A stretch of DNA of 16,650 bases from a virus, in the UHGV virus genome UHGV-0207574; one strand, written 5' to 3'. The notes beneath the pieces were generated by a model. The model searched no databases. It saw only the letters and a program-made list of their open reading frames with translations, and was not told where the DNA came from. A program made the position numbers and the translations under genes. This document shows positions 6,255 to 14,762 of the stretch, piece after piece (within the stretch, counting starts at the first letter, position 1; every line of letters begins with the position of its first letter).

Positions 6255-7299
6255 ATTTCAGCGCCCGACGCTGGCAGAAAATATCAGTATGCTCCGTAAC
6301 GATTTATTCGCCAGGCTGGACGTCAGCGACACGCTCCGGCGCATGGATGAAGACGTGCGGGCAAAGGTGTATGCGGCGGCGCTGCATACGGTTTACGGGT
6401 ACATCGATTATCTGGCAATGAACATGCTGCCTGACCTGTGCGATGAGTCCTGGCTGGCGCGACATGCTGCGATGAAACGGTGTCCGCGCAAGGGGGCCAC
6501 GGCTGCCAGCGGGTATATGCGCTGGGAAGGTGTCAGCGATGGCCTGAAGGTGACCGCCGGGAGTGTTATTCAGCGCGATGACCTGGTTCAGTACACGGCA
6601 ACTGCCGATGCAACCAGCTCCGGTGGTGTCCTGCGCGTGCCGATCGCCTGCTCAAGTTCAGGCGCGGTCGGTAACGCTGACGACGGTACGTCATTAATCC
6701 TGGTCACGCCGGTGAATGGTCTGCCGTCTTCCGGTGTGGCTGACACCCTGACAGGCGGATTTGATACTGAAGATCTGGAAACGTGGCGCGCCCGCATCAT
6801 TGAGCGGTATTACTGGACGCCGCAGGGCGGGGCTGACGTGGACTATGTCGTCTGGGCTAAAGAAGTGCCCGGCATTACCCGCGCATGGACATACCGACAC
6901 TGGATGGGAACGGGGACTGTCGGTGTGATGATTGCCAGCAGTGACCTGATTAACCCCATTCCGGAAGAATCAACGGAAACGGCAGCAAGACAACATATCG
7001 GGCCACTGGCCCCGGTGGCAGGCTCTGATTTGTATGTATTCAGGCCGGTGGCGCACAAAGTGGATTTTCATATCCGCGTGACGCCGGACACACCGGAAAT
7101 ACGGGCTGCCATTACCGCAGAGTTGCGTTCATTCCTGCTGCGTGATGGTTATCCGCAGGGAGAGCTGAAGGTATCGCGTATCAGTGAAGCGATTTCCGGT
7201 GCGAACGGGGAATACAGCCATCAGTTGCTTGCTCCGGCGGACAATATCTCCATTGCAAAAAATGAACTGGCGGTTCTGGGGACGATTTCATGGACGTGA
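6241..7299 (+). CDS. Baseplate J-like protein (Mu gp47-like)
   Basis: 352-aa ORF in the conserved V-W-J-I order, overlapping its neighbours. Confidence 0.65.
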   Translation: MADSEFQRPTLAENISMLRNDLFARLDVSDTLRRMDEDVRAKVYAAALHTVYGYIDYLAMNMLPDLCDESWLARHAAMKRCPRKGATAASGYMRWEGVSDGLKVTAGSVIQRDDLVQYTATADATSSGGVLRVPIACSSSGAVGNADDGTSLILVTPVNGLPSSGVADTLTGGFDTEDLETWRARIIERYYWTPQGGADVDYVVWAKEVPGITRAWTYRHWMGTGTVGVMIASSDLINPIPEESTETAARQHIGPLAPVAGSDLYVFRPVAHKVDFHIRVTPDTPEIRAAITAELRSFLLRDGYPQGELKVSRISEAISGANGEYSHQLLAPADNISIAKNELAVLGTISWT

Positions 7300-7874
7300 C
7301 AAACGATGATTACATCCGTCTGTTGTCGGCACTGCTGCCGCCCGGTCCGGCGTGGTCAGCCAGCGATCCGGCGATTGCCGGTGCGGCACCGTCATTAACT
7401 CGTGTTCATCAGCGTGCGGATGCCCTGATGCGGGAGCTGGATCCGCGCACCACCACCGAACTGATAAATCGCTGGGAGCGTCTGTGCGGCCTGCCGGATG
7501 AATGTATTCCCGCAGGGACACAGACCCTTCGCCAGCGTCAGCAACGGCTGGATGCGAAGGTTAACCTGGCGGGTGGCATCAACGAGGATTTTTATCTTGC
7601 ACAGCTTGCTGCCCTGGGCAGACCAGATGCCACCATCACGCGATACGACAAAAGCACGTTCACCTGCTCATCGGCCTGTACTGACGCTGTGAATGCGCCG
7701 GAATGGCGGTATTACTGGCAGGTCAACATGCCAGCCGCCGCCAACACCACCTGGATGACATGTGGCGATCCCTGTGATTCCGCACTGCGTATCTGGGGTG
7801 ACACCGTTGTCGAGTGTGTGCTTAACAAACTCTGCCCGTCGCATACCTACGTAATTTTTAAATATCCGGAGTAA
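7290..7874 (+). CDS. Tail protein, Mu gp48 / YmfQ-like (P2 gpI position)
   Basis: 194-aa ORF directly downstream of the J-like gene and upstream of the tail-fibre gene. Confidence 0.6.
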   Translation: MDVTNDDYIRLLSALLPPGPAWSASDPAIAGAAPSLTRVHQRADALMRELDPRTTTELINRWERLCGLPDECIPAGTQTLRQRQQRLDAKVNLAGGINEDFYLAQLAALGRPDATITRYDKSTFTCSSACTDAVNAPEWRYYWQVNMPAAANTTWMTCGDPCDSALRIWGDTVVECVLNKLCPSHTYVIFKYPE

Positions 7875-7877
7875 TCC

Positions 7878-8519
7878 ATGCATCGTATAGACACGAAAAC
7901 CGCGCAGAAGGATAAGTTCGGCGCGGGTAAGAACGGTTTTACCCGTGGTAACCCCCAGACCGGCACGCCTGCCACCGATCTGGATGATGACTACTTTGAC
8001 ATGTTGCAGGAGGAGCTTTGCAGCGTTGTGGAGGCCTCCGGTGCCAGCCTGGAGAAGGGGCGGCATGACCAGCTGCTTACCGCGCTTCGTGCGCTGCTGT
8101 TAAGCCGCAAGAATCCGTTTGGCGATATCAAATTGGACGGCACGGTGCAAAAGGCTCTCGAAAACCTTGGTTTGGGAGAAGCGGCTAAAAGAAATGTAGG
8201 GACAGGGGCGAATCAGATACCTGATATGGGTAGCTTCACGCTTTCTGTTTCAGGTACTGGATATCAAAAATTGCCATCCGGTTTAATTATTCAATGGGGG
8301 CCAATTGATGTTCCGCTGACGTCTCAGGACACAGTAACCTATTTTCCGATTGCATTTCCGAATAGATGTCTGCGGGTATTTGCGACTCAGGATTACACTC
8401 CCGGCAGTGCAAATGTTGGCTATATAGCTTGTGCCGGTTATAACCAGGACCCGGTGAAATTTATTTCCAGAGCAGGCGTACCCGGTCTCGGTGCTTCATT
8501 TTTCGCATTAGGGTGTTAA
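7878..8519 (+). CDS. Tail fibre protein (short; constant N-terminal part plus variable C-terminal part)
   Basis: GGAG RBS. The N-terminus [74 protein letters not shown] is the conserved tail-fibre N-terminal region of Mu/P2-type fibres. GC content drops sharply after ~8180. Confidence 0.7.
   Translation: MHRIDTKTAQKDKFGAGKNGFTRGNPQTGTPATDLDDDYFDMLQEELCSVVEASGASLEKGRHDQLLTALRALLLSRKNPFGDIKLDGTVQKALENLGLGEAAKRNVGTGANQIPDMGSFTLSVSGTGYQKLPSGLIIQWGPIDVPLTSQDTVTYFPIAFPNRCLRVFATQDYTPGSANVGYIACAGYNQDPVKFISRAGVPGLGASFFALGC
8155..8180. promoter_or_regulatory. Candidate relic serine-invertase crossover site (gix/hix-like) inside the tail-fibre gene
   Basis: CTCTCGAAAACC-TT-GGTTTGGGAGAA is an imperfect 26-bp dyad with the AAACC-NN-GGTTT core typical of Gin/Hin/Pin sites as I recall them. 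It lies at the constant/variable junction of the fibre and coincides with the GC drop. Confidence 0.35.
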
Positions 8520-8545
8520 TTTCTTTTAACTTTATGGAGTGAAAA

Positions 8546-8986
8546 ATGAATCACATATATTCCGCGACTACAAACTCTTTCTATCCCTTGGAGATGAAAG
8601 AGGATTACACGCAAGCTGGCTCATGGCCAGATGATGCTGTTGAAGTTGATGAGCAAGTGTATATTGAGTTTTCCGGATTACCGCCGAAAGGAAAAATCCG
8701 TATCGCTGGAGAAAATGGTTTTCCTGCATGGTCTGAAATTCCACCACCAACACATGAGGAACAGATTGCTGCAGCCGAACTGAAAAAGCAGCAATTGATT
8801 AATCAGGCCAACGATTATATGAACAGTAAACAATGGGCTGGTAAAGCGGCTATTGGTCGTCTGAAAGGTGAGGAACTGGCGCAATATAATTTGTGGCTGG
8901 ATTATCTGGACGCACTGGAGCTGGTCGATACTTCCAGTGCGCCAGATATTGAATGGCCTACTCCTCCGGCAGTTCAGGCCAGATGA
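8546..8986 (+). CDS. Tail fibre assembly protein (Tfa/U-like)
   Basis: 146-aa ORF with a GGAG RBS, ending ...SSAPDIEWPTPPAVQAR, a typical Tfa C-terminus. Immediately downstream of the tail-fibre gene. Confidence 0.7.
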   Translation: MNHIYSATTNSFYPLEMKEDYTQAGSWPDDAVEVDEQVYIEFSGLPPKGKIRIAGENGFPAWSEIPPPTHEEQIAAAELKKQQLINQANDYMNSKQWAGKAAIGRLKGEELAQYNLWLDYLDALELVDTSSAPDIEWPTPPAVQAR

Positions 8987-9260
8987 CATCCGGCGCGGTG
9001 CTGGTATCTGTTGCCGTCACCGCGTCAATGTAATCCAGCACAGTGTTAAGTCGGGAGGTCTCTGCCTGCATCAGCTTCCGCCCAGCCCGTAATTTCAGTT
9101 GAATCAGACTAATGGAAGCCATTGCAGTATCAATCAGTGACTGACGCTGTGCTTCTGCCGCGTCTACTGCGGCGTGATGCTGTGCCTCAGTATCGGTCAC
9201 CCATTTCTCACCATCCCATTTATCGTATGGCGTTAATGGGGCGATAGTCGCGGGACGCAT
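8958..9260 (-). pseudogene. Second tail fibre assembly gene (C-terminal half only), convergent with and overlapping the first
   Basis: Minus-strand frame MRPATIAPLTPYDKWDGEKWVTD...TSTAPDVIWPELPEE has a Tfa-like C-terminus. It is blocked upstream by a stop at 9318-9320, so at most ~120 codons remain. Overlaps the 3' end of the plus-strand tfa by ~29 bp. Confidence 0.5.
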
Positions 9261-9284
9261 ACAAACATAACCCCTGGATGTTAT

Positions 9285-9566
9285 GTGTCTATCGAGAATC
9301 AAAGTGGAAGTCCTTATGTTAAGTATAAGACAGGAATCACTTATAACGATAATCAGTTAGTATATGTATCTATCACTGTTGATGATAATATCAGCACTTG
9401 GTTCTGGAGGGGGTTTGTTGTGGGCAATGATGCATTTAAGTTATCGTCTGCAGATAGAGGAGATATTACAATAAACAACGAATCAGGGCATTTGATAGTC
9501 AATACCGCAATTCTATCAGGAGATATAGTCACTCTAAGAGGAGGAGAAATTAGGTTGGTATTATAG
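9285..9566 (+). other. Orphan ORF (93 codons, GTG start, no internal Met), possibly a 3' gene fragment
   Basis: VSIENQSGSPYVKYKTGITYNDNQ...DIVTLRGGEIRLVL is rich in N/T/S/V/I, like the beta-rich tip of a fibre. There is no ATG and only a weak RBS. It lies in low-GC DNA between the tfa remnant and gtrC. Confidence 0.25.
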
Positions 9567-9570
9567 CTTG

Positions 9571-9592
9571 TGCGCGCCATGATTGGCGCGCA
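9571..9592. repeat. Perfect GC-rich palindrome TGCGCGCCA-TGAT-TGGCGCGCA between the convergent stop codons of the orphan ORF and gtrC
   Basis: 9-bp perfect inverted repeat with a 4-nt loop and no adjacent T-tract on either strand. Could be a terminator-like hairpin or a protein-binding palindrome. Confidence 0.45.
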
Positions 9593-9600
9593 ATTTAAAC

Positions 9601-10932
9601 TTAGTGCTTTACATCGCTATTGTCTTGATTTCTTTGAATTATTTTATAAATTAAAAAAACGACTGTTATGTATAAGCAAAGGTCGAACGAAAAATACATT
9701 CCAAATAAATGCTTGCTTAAATCTCTATATCCTTCCCCGAAAAATGACACATAAAATTGAGATATTCCAAAAAGAGATACTACAAATAAAGATGCCTTTA
9801 TTTTATTATTTCTAATAAAAATAGAAGCAATAAAAAATAATAACAATGATATAAATCTAATGTTTTTAAATATATTGTCTTTTATGTTAGTAATAGTCGT
9901 TAGTATGTTTGATTCTCCATATATTACGTGTAGTTTTTTATATACATGGAAATAATTTTCTTTATACTGAGACATCACACCATCATCAAATGGAAGTTTG
10001 AAGATGGTGCTTGGTTTGCTAACCAATAAAAAGAGTGCATTCGAAAACGTTTCATCTTTATGAGATTCGAAACATTCCGTTCCAACTTCTGTTGGGGTTG
10101 CGCCAAATGATATGTCGAATTTATTACCCCAAGCATCTAACCCAACACACTTATCATCAACATACGATGGCATTTTATACCCGTTGTTTTTCATATAAAG
10201 ATAACTACCGAAGTATGTTGCATGGTACTTATTTAATTCAACAACACCTTTTGAATAAGATATTGCAAATATTGACGCAAGCAAGCACACCACGCATATT
10301 ACAGATTTAATAATTAGTTTGTGTCTATCAAAAAAAATATAATATGAATACACTATTAGTGGGGTTAATATAAATTGATTTTTAGCAGTAGATATTATTA
10401 GCAACGAAAAAAATAGCAAAAGCATAGATTTATTGTTTTTGCATGTTAATGAATACACCAAAAATGGAAGGAAAATTATAACTATTTGCTCTTGATAGAA
10501 TGATGCAAACATTGACAGTGTTGATGAAGAACACATAAGAAAAGCTAAAATAAAGAATGTAAATAAAGTTACATACCTTTCTGTTTTTATATATGAAGTA
10601 AATATCGCATATAATGAATAAATATATATTACTTTTAGAAATAACGATAACACCCTAGCATCAAGATATTCAGTAAAAATGCTAATAAACAGGACGTATG
10701 TATACAAAATATAACTATATGAACTTATATACTCATAGCTATCAATTGAATCAATATGACCTTTCAATTTATACAATAAAGGTAAGTCATATGTAAATGC
10801 TGGTATGTCTTCAATTAATGGCTTAATGGCTCTTCCGAAATCAGATGTATTTAACATCATTATGTTTTTAGATAAGGCGCAAATAATCAAAACAAAAGAT
10901 ATATACAATGATACTTTTATTGCTTTATTCAT
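9601..10932 (-). CDS. gtrS: Serotype-specific O-antigen glucosyltransferase, GtrC-type polytopic membrane protein (K-12 equivalent yfdI/gtrS)
   Basis: 443-aa, very AT-rich, highly hydrophobic multi-pass ORF. Third gene of a gtrA-gtrB-gtrC operon and translationally coupled to gtrB. The family is defined by position and topology rather than sequence conservation. Confidence 0.7.
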   Translation of the reverse strand: MNKAIKVSLYISFVLIICALSKNIMMLNTSDFGRAIKPLIEDIPAFTYDLPLLYKLKGHIDSIDSYEYISSYSYILYTYVLFISIFTEYLDARVLSLFLKVIYIYSLYAIFTSYIKTERYVTLFTFFILAFLMCSSSTLSMFASFYQEQIVIIFLPFLVYSLTCKNNKSMLLLFFSLLIISTAKNQFILTPLIVYSYYIFFDRHKLIIKSVICVVCLLASIFAISYSKGVVELNKYHATYFGSYLYMKNNGYKMPSYVDDKCVGLDAWGNKFDISFGATPTEVGTECFESHKDETFSNALFLLVSKPSTIFKLPFDDGVMSQYKENYFHVYKKLHVIYGESNILTTITNIKDNIFKNIRFISLLLFFIASIFIRNNKIKASLFVVSLFGISQFYVSFFGEGYRDLSKHLFGMYFSFDLCLYITVVFLIYKIIQRNQDNSDVKH

Positions 10933-11849
10933 TTTTTGACTCTCTTGATGATGTATTTCGGGCGTTTTTTGGTTTCAATGTATGTGCGTCCAATATATTC
11001 ACCTAATACTCCTATTCCAATCATCTGAATTCCACCTAAAAACAGTATTGAAACAAGTAGTGAAGGATATCCCCTAACAGCATTTCCAAATATGATAGTA
11101 TCTAAAATCATCCACGCCCCATAAATAAATGCTACACTGGCTACCACTAACCCTATGTATGTCCAGATGCGAAGAGGGAATGTGGAAAAGCTTGTAATAC
11201 CCTCAAGTGCTAAATTCCAAAGTTTCCATCCATTAAATTTTGTATCTCCAGCAATTCTTTCCGCTCGCACGTATTCAACAATATCTGTCTTTCCTCCTAC
11301 CCAGCTCAGAATACCTTTCATGAAAAGGTTTCGTTCTGGCATAAGTTTAATATTTTCGACAACATCACGGCTCATCAGCCTGAAATCACCAACATTCTCT
11401 TCAATTTTAGGATTGCTTATTTTATTGTGGAGCTTATAGAACCACTCAGCCGTTTTTCGCTTCAGGCGTCCATCAGTTGAGCGGTCAGATCTTTTAGCAA
11501 GAACCATATCAGCACCTGCTTGCCATTTTTCAATAAGATGAGGAATAACCTCAATCGGGTCTTGCAGGTCAACATCAATTGGGATTATCGCATCCCCGGT
11601 TGCATGGTCTAACCCTGCAAACAATGCTGGTTCTTTACCAAAGTTGCGTGTAAATGACAGCGGAACAACTAGAGGATCTGAAACAGCCAGAGCATTAATG
11701 ATTGACTCCGTAGCGTCTTTGCTGCCGTCATTTATGAAAACGATTTCCACTTCATATGACTTCAATTCTTCGAATTCACGTACCGTTTTATAAAAAATTG
11801 GTATCGCTTCTTCTTCATTGAAGACAGGAACTACAAGAGATATCTTCAT
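10929..11849 (-). CDS. gtrB: Bactoprenol glucosyltransferase GtrB (GT2 family)
   Basis: 306-aa [23 protein letters not shown]...INDGSKDAT...DVDLQDP: a GT2 catalytic domain followed by C-terminal transmembrane helices, as in GtrB/YfdH. Confidence 0.85.
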   Translation of the reverse strand: MKISLVVPVFNEEEAIPIFYKTVREFEELKSYEVEIVFINDGSKDATESIINALAVSDPLVVPLSFTRNFGKEPALFAGLDHATGDAIIPIDVDLQDPIEVIPHLIEKWQAGADMVLAKRSDRSTDGRLKRKTAEWFYKLHNKISNPKIEENVGDFRLMSRDVVENIKLMPERNLFMKGILSWVGGKTDIVEYVRAERIAGDTKFNGWKLWNLALEGITSFSTFPLRIWTYIGLVVASVAFIYGAWMILDTIIFGNAVRGYPSLLVSILFLGGIQMIGIGVLGEYIGRTYIETKKRPKYIIKRVKK

Positions 11850-12208
11850 TTCGCATCCCTAAAGACAATGAACTTTGAATAGACGAAACCGCACACCAGG
11901 CTGATGGCGGAGAAGGTGACAAGAGTTATCATCGGGGGAAGTGCGCATCTATCAGCAGCCCATCCAACAGTAGCACTCAGTGTCCCCATGAACCCAACAT
12001 ATAGCATGTAGCGCATCGTTGTAGTCGATGCCTTGAATGTGAATTTTGCATTCGCGAAGAAGCTAAAGCTCACAGCCACAACGAAACCTGCGAAGTTTGC
12101 AAGAGCTTGGTTTGTATGCGCGACATAGATACAAACACCAAAAACCACCCAGTGTATAAGGGTGTTCAGCACACCAATAGAGGTGTACTTTGCAAATAGC
12201 TTTAACAT
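11846..12208 (-). CDS. gtrA: GtrA family flippase for undecaprenyl-phosphate glucose
   Basis: 120-aa small four-helix membrane protein, first gene of the operon, overlapping gtrB by 4 nt. Confidence 0.8.
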   Translation of the reverse strand: MLKLFAKYTSIGVLNTLIHWVVFGVCIYVAHTNQALANFAGFVVAVSFSFFANAKFTFKASTTTMRYMLYVGFMGTLSATVGWAADRCALPPMITLVTFSAISLVCGFVYSKFIVFRDAK

Positions 12209-12360
12209 TTCTTCTATCAGCTAATAATCAAAGGAATGAAGTCTATCATCCAAGTCTTAATCGATCGATACTTGCTGTGGTTGATGAGACAAAACTTATA
12301 CACACAAAGCTTTGCACTGGATTGCAAGACTTTGTGCTATTCGATAGTTGTTAAGGTCGC

Positions 12361-13518
12361 TCACTCCACCTTCTCATCAAGCCAGTCCGCCCACCATTGC
12401 ATCATTTCTCTGCGTTTATCGAGATACTGAGCATGGTTGTAAATCCCACGCACAGATCCGCCGTTTGCATGTGCCAGTTGCACTTCAATAGCGTCAGCAG
12501 GCCATTCGTGCTCGTTCATAATCGTGCTGAATTCATGCCTGAATCCGTGACCGCTTTCCAGACCCTCATAGCCGATTTGTTTGATCACAAGCAGTACCGC
12601 GTTCTCGCAGATTGGCTTCTTCTTATCGTTGCGCCCGGCAAAAACAAACTCTGAGACTGGTTTGGTGATGGAGCTTAGCGTAGTGAGAAGTTCAACTACC
12701 TGGTCTGACATAGGAACCACATGAATTTTGCGTCCTTTCATCACACTGGCGTCGATGGTGATAATCCTATTTTCAAAATCGACGTTCTTCCATAGCATGG
12801 AACGAAGCTCTTTCGTTCTTAGGGCTGTGTAGCGTAAAACTTTGGTCGCAATGAGCGATACGATACTTCCTGAAAATGTTGCCAGTGCTTTGTTGAATGC
12901 CGGGATCTGGTCTGCAGGAAGAAACGGGAAGTTCTTCTTGCGGTATCCCTTCATGGCGTCAGCAAGGTCAGGTGCCGGGTTATATTTAGCCCTTCCGGTG
13001 ACAATAGCGTAACGGAAAACCTCGCCGCATCTTCTGCGTGCTTTGTTGGCTCGTTCCATTGCACCGCGATCTTCAAACCTGCGGATTACTTCCAGCAGTT
13101 GCATCGGCTCAATATCCTGAATTTCAAGGCCGCCAATGATAGGTAAAATGTCGTCGTCAAACATTTTGGCAAGTTCAGTTGCATACCCTACTGACCATAC
13201 TTGCTTCTTGTGCTCGTACCATTCCTTGTAAATCGCACTAAAGGAATTGTTGTTAGACGAAGCCTTTTTCGCCTTTACAGGATCGATGCCAACCGAGATG
13301 TCTTTCCTCGCAGTCCATGCTTTATCCCTTGCCTCCTGCAAAGTCATAAGCGGATATTTTCCGACGGTCAGGATTTTCTCCTTACCGTCAATCTTGTAGC
13401 GAAGCTGCCATACCTTTTTCCCTGACACAGGGACATAAAGGTACAGGCCATTACCATCGAGAAGGCGGTATGGTTTTTCTTTCGGCTTTGCTGCTTCAAT
13501 CTGCTTAACGGTGAGCAT
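12361..13518 (-). CDS. intS: Tyrosine-family site-specific integrase (IntS-like)
   Basis: From the ATG at 13518 (MLTVKQIEAAKPKEKPYRLLDGNGLYLYV...) the protein has a P4-type integrase N-terminus and a C-terminal catalytic domain (...HGFRHEFSTIMNEH...GIYNHAQYL). The ORF track starts at an upstream GTG at 13554. Adjacent to the tRNA. Confidence 0.85.
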   Translation of the reverse strand: MLTVKQIEAAKPKEKPYRLLDGNGLYLYVPVSGKKVWQLRYKIDGKEKILTVGKYPLMTLQEARDKAWTARKDISVGIDPVKAKKASSNNNSFSAIYKEWYEHKKQVWSVGYATELAKMFDDDILPIIGGLEIQDIEPMQLLEVIRRFEDRGAMERANKARRRCGEVFRYAIVTGRAKYNPAPDLADAMKGYRKKNFPFLPADQIPAFNKALATFSGSIVSLIATKVLRYTALRTKELRSMLWKNVDFENRIITIDASVMKGRKIHVVPMSDQVVELLTTLSSITKPVSEFVFAGRNDKKKPICENAVLLVIKQIGYEGLESGHGFRHEFSTIMNEHEWPADAIEVQLAHANGGSVRGIYNHAQYLDKRREMMQWWADWLDEKVE

Positions 13519-13563
13519 GGGTAAAAATCCGGTGGGTAAAATTATTTTATCCACTTTTTACCC
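13519..13563. repeat. Octamer repeats GGGTAAAA (13519-13526, 13534-13541) and inverted TTTTTACCC (13555-13563) at the integrase 5' end; candidate arm-type or RDF binding sites
   Basis: Seen directly. The same motif occurs twice next to att-right (1177-1198). Confidence 0.4.
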
Positions 13564-13678
13564 GTCATGGAGTGCGGCTGTCAACGATCTGAAGCGAACC
13601 ATGACGAACTGTAAATCTACGGAATGCTTGATATTCAGGGGATTTTGCGGACTGGTACGGATGGGAGCGAACTGATAA

Positions 13679-13694
13679 ATGGTGTCCCCTGCAG
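13679..13694. repeat. att-left core overlapping the 3' end of argW
   Basis: ATGGTGTCCCCTGCAG, identical to 1104-1119. Confidence 0.8.
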
Positions 13695-13754
13695 GAATCG
13701 AACCTGCAATTAGCCCTTAGGAGGGGCTCGTTATATCCATTTAACTAAGAGGAC
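13680..13754 (-). tRNA. argW: tRNA-Arg (anticodon CCU)
   Basis: Minus-strand 75-nt sequence GTCCTCTTAGTTAAATGGATATAACGAGCCCCTCCTAAGGGCTAATTGCAGGTTCGATTCCTGCAGGGGACACCA. It has the acceptor stem, an anticodon loop CU-CCU-AA, a GGTTCGATTCC T-arm and an encoded CCA end. Confidence 0.9.
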
Positions 13755-13765
13755 AATGCGGCATG

Positions 13766-13794
13766 AGTATACCCGCTAATGGAGTGCGGGGTAA
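13766..13794 (-). promoter_or_regulatory. Putative argW promoter (-35 TTACCC, 17-bp spacer, -10 TATACT)
   Basis: Minus-strand hexamers ~12 nt upstream of the mature tRNA 5' end, followed by a GC-rich discriminator. Weak -35 element. Confidence 0.3.
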
Positions 13795-13829
13795 GTACGC
13801 TGCCGCTCGATTGCTTAAACCCTCGCCAT

Positions 13830-14762
13830 TTATGCCGGGTTTTTATAATTTTTCTTAATGTTTTCCGCACGTTCTGCTTTTTGGCGTGCTTCTGCTTTAC
13901 GCTTATTGCTCATGTCGTTACGAATCTGTGCATGACTCATTAACGCGAAGATAAAGGTGCCGCCGCAGATGTTCCCCGCTAAAGTAGGTAGTGCGAAGGG
14001 CCAGATGAAATCGCTCCAGTGCAGCGTACCGTTAAACACCAGATAGAGGATTTCAACAGAACCGACCACGATATGGGTGGTGTCACCCAGGGCAATAAGC
14101 CAGGTCATCAATATAATCACCACAATCTTTGCCGCACCCGCTGCAGGAAACATCCAAACCATAGTGGCGATCAGCCAGCCGGAAATGATCGCGTTGGCAA
14201 ACATCTCGCTGGGGGTGTTCTTCATCACATCCATGCCGATTTTGACAAATGCATCGCGAGTTTCTTCATTGAAGATAGGCATATATTCAAATGCCCACGC
14301 CGCAATACCTGTCCCGAGAATATTACCCAGCAGCACGACGCCCCATAACCGTATAAGTAAGCCGACGTTGCTCATTGTCGGTTTTTGCATGACGGGTAGT
14401 ACCGCAGTCACGGTATTTTCGGTAAATAATTGCTGGCGGGCCATAATGACGATAATAAAACCAAAGGTATAACCGAGATTCTCCAGCAAGAAGCTGCCCG
14501 GCACACCTTCCAGTTCGACTTGAAATATCCCTTTTGCCAGTAACGAAGCGCCCATCGACAGACCCGCCGCAATGGCTGACCACAGTAGCGCCATTGCGTC
14601 GCGTTCCAGCTCTTTTTCACCATCCTGGCGGATATGCTCATGAATTGCCATCGCCCGGGAGGGGAGTCGGTCTTCATCTATTTCTATTTTTTTGCCGCGC
14701 TCTTTTTCTTCGCTCTCAACTTCAATTTCGTCGCTGTGTTGATCAATTTTGTCGTTGTCCAT
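13830..14762 (-). CDS. yfdC: Formate/nitrite transporter (FNT) family inner-membrane protein
   Basis: 310-aa ORF with an acidic N-terminal extension followed by a polytopic membrane core. Matches my recollection of E. coli YfdC in size and position next to argW. Confidence 0.8.
   Translation of the reverse strand: MDNDKIDQHSDEIEVESEEKERGKKIEIDEDRLPSRAMAIHEHIRQDGEKELERDAMALLWSAIAAGLSMGASLLAKGIFQVELEGVPGSFLLENLGYTFGFIIVIMARQQLFTENTVTAVLPVMQKPTMSNVGLLIRLWGVVLLGNILGTGIAAWAFEYMPIFNEETRDAFVKIGMDVMKNTPSEMFANAIISGWLIATMVWMFPAAGAAKIVVIILMTWLIALGDTTHIVVGSVEILYLVFNGTLHWSDFIWPFALPTLAGNICGGTFIFALMSHAQIRNDMSNKRKAEARQKAERAENIKKNYKNPA

Larger units (their letters stand above)
1104..13694. mobile_element. 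Defective mosaic prophage integrated at argW (CPS-53/KplE1-like), bounded by 16-bp att core repeats
   Basis: Identical 16-bp direct repeat ATGGTGTCCCCTGCAG at 1104-1119 and 13679-13694, the latter overlapping the 3' end of tRNA-Arg. Tyrosine integrase adjacent to the tRNA, excisionase TorI at the opposite end. Interior carries phage replication, baseplate, tail-fibre and gtr genes with strong GC heterogeneity. Confidence 0.85.

Noticed and set aside
6224-8066. ORFs 6224..6421, 6588..6800, 6694..6900, 6843..7058, 7288..7521, 7498..7692 and 7668..8066
   Set aside because: These are alternative frames within the J-like, gp48-like and tail-fibre genes.
9397-9420. Second gix-like sequence CACTTGGTTCTGGAGGGGG
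   Set aside because: It shares only TTGGTT-TGGAG with the right half of the 8155-8180 site, is in direct rather than inverted orientation, and lacks the AAACC left half.
9353-9580. 75-aa minus-strand ORF as the variable tail-fibre part of the inverted orientation
   Set aside because: Its position would fit an Sv'-type segment, but it does not look fibre-like, is separated from the tfa remnant by stops, and is antisense to the equally weak orphan ORF at 9285..9566. Neither can be confirmed.
12209-12360. Dam/OxyR-type phase-variation switch upstream of gtrA
   Set aside because: Known gtr phase-variation regions carry multiple paired GATC sites. I find only one GATC here (inside ATCGATCGAT), so there is no support for that mechanism.
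9570-13425. Plus-strand ORFs 9570..9815, 10035..10310, 11155..11439, 12236..12430, 12397..12654 and 13201..13425
   Set aside because: They are antisense to gtrC, gtrB and intS or lie in the int-gtrA spacer, with no RBS or recognisable domains.
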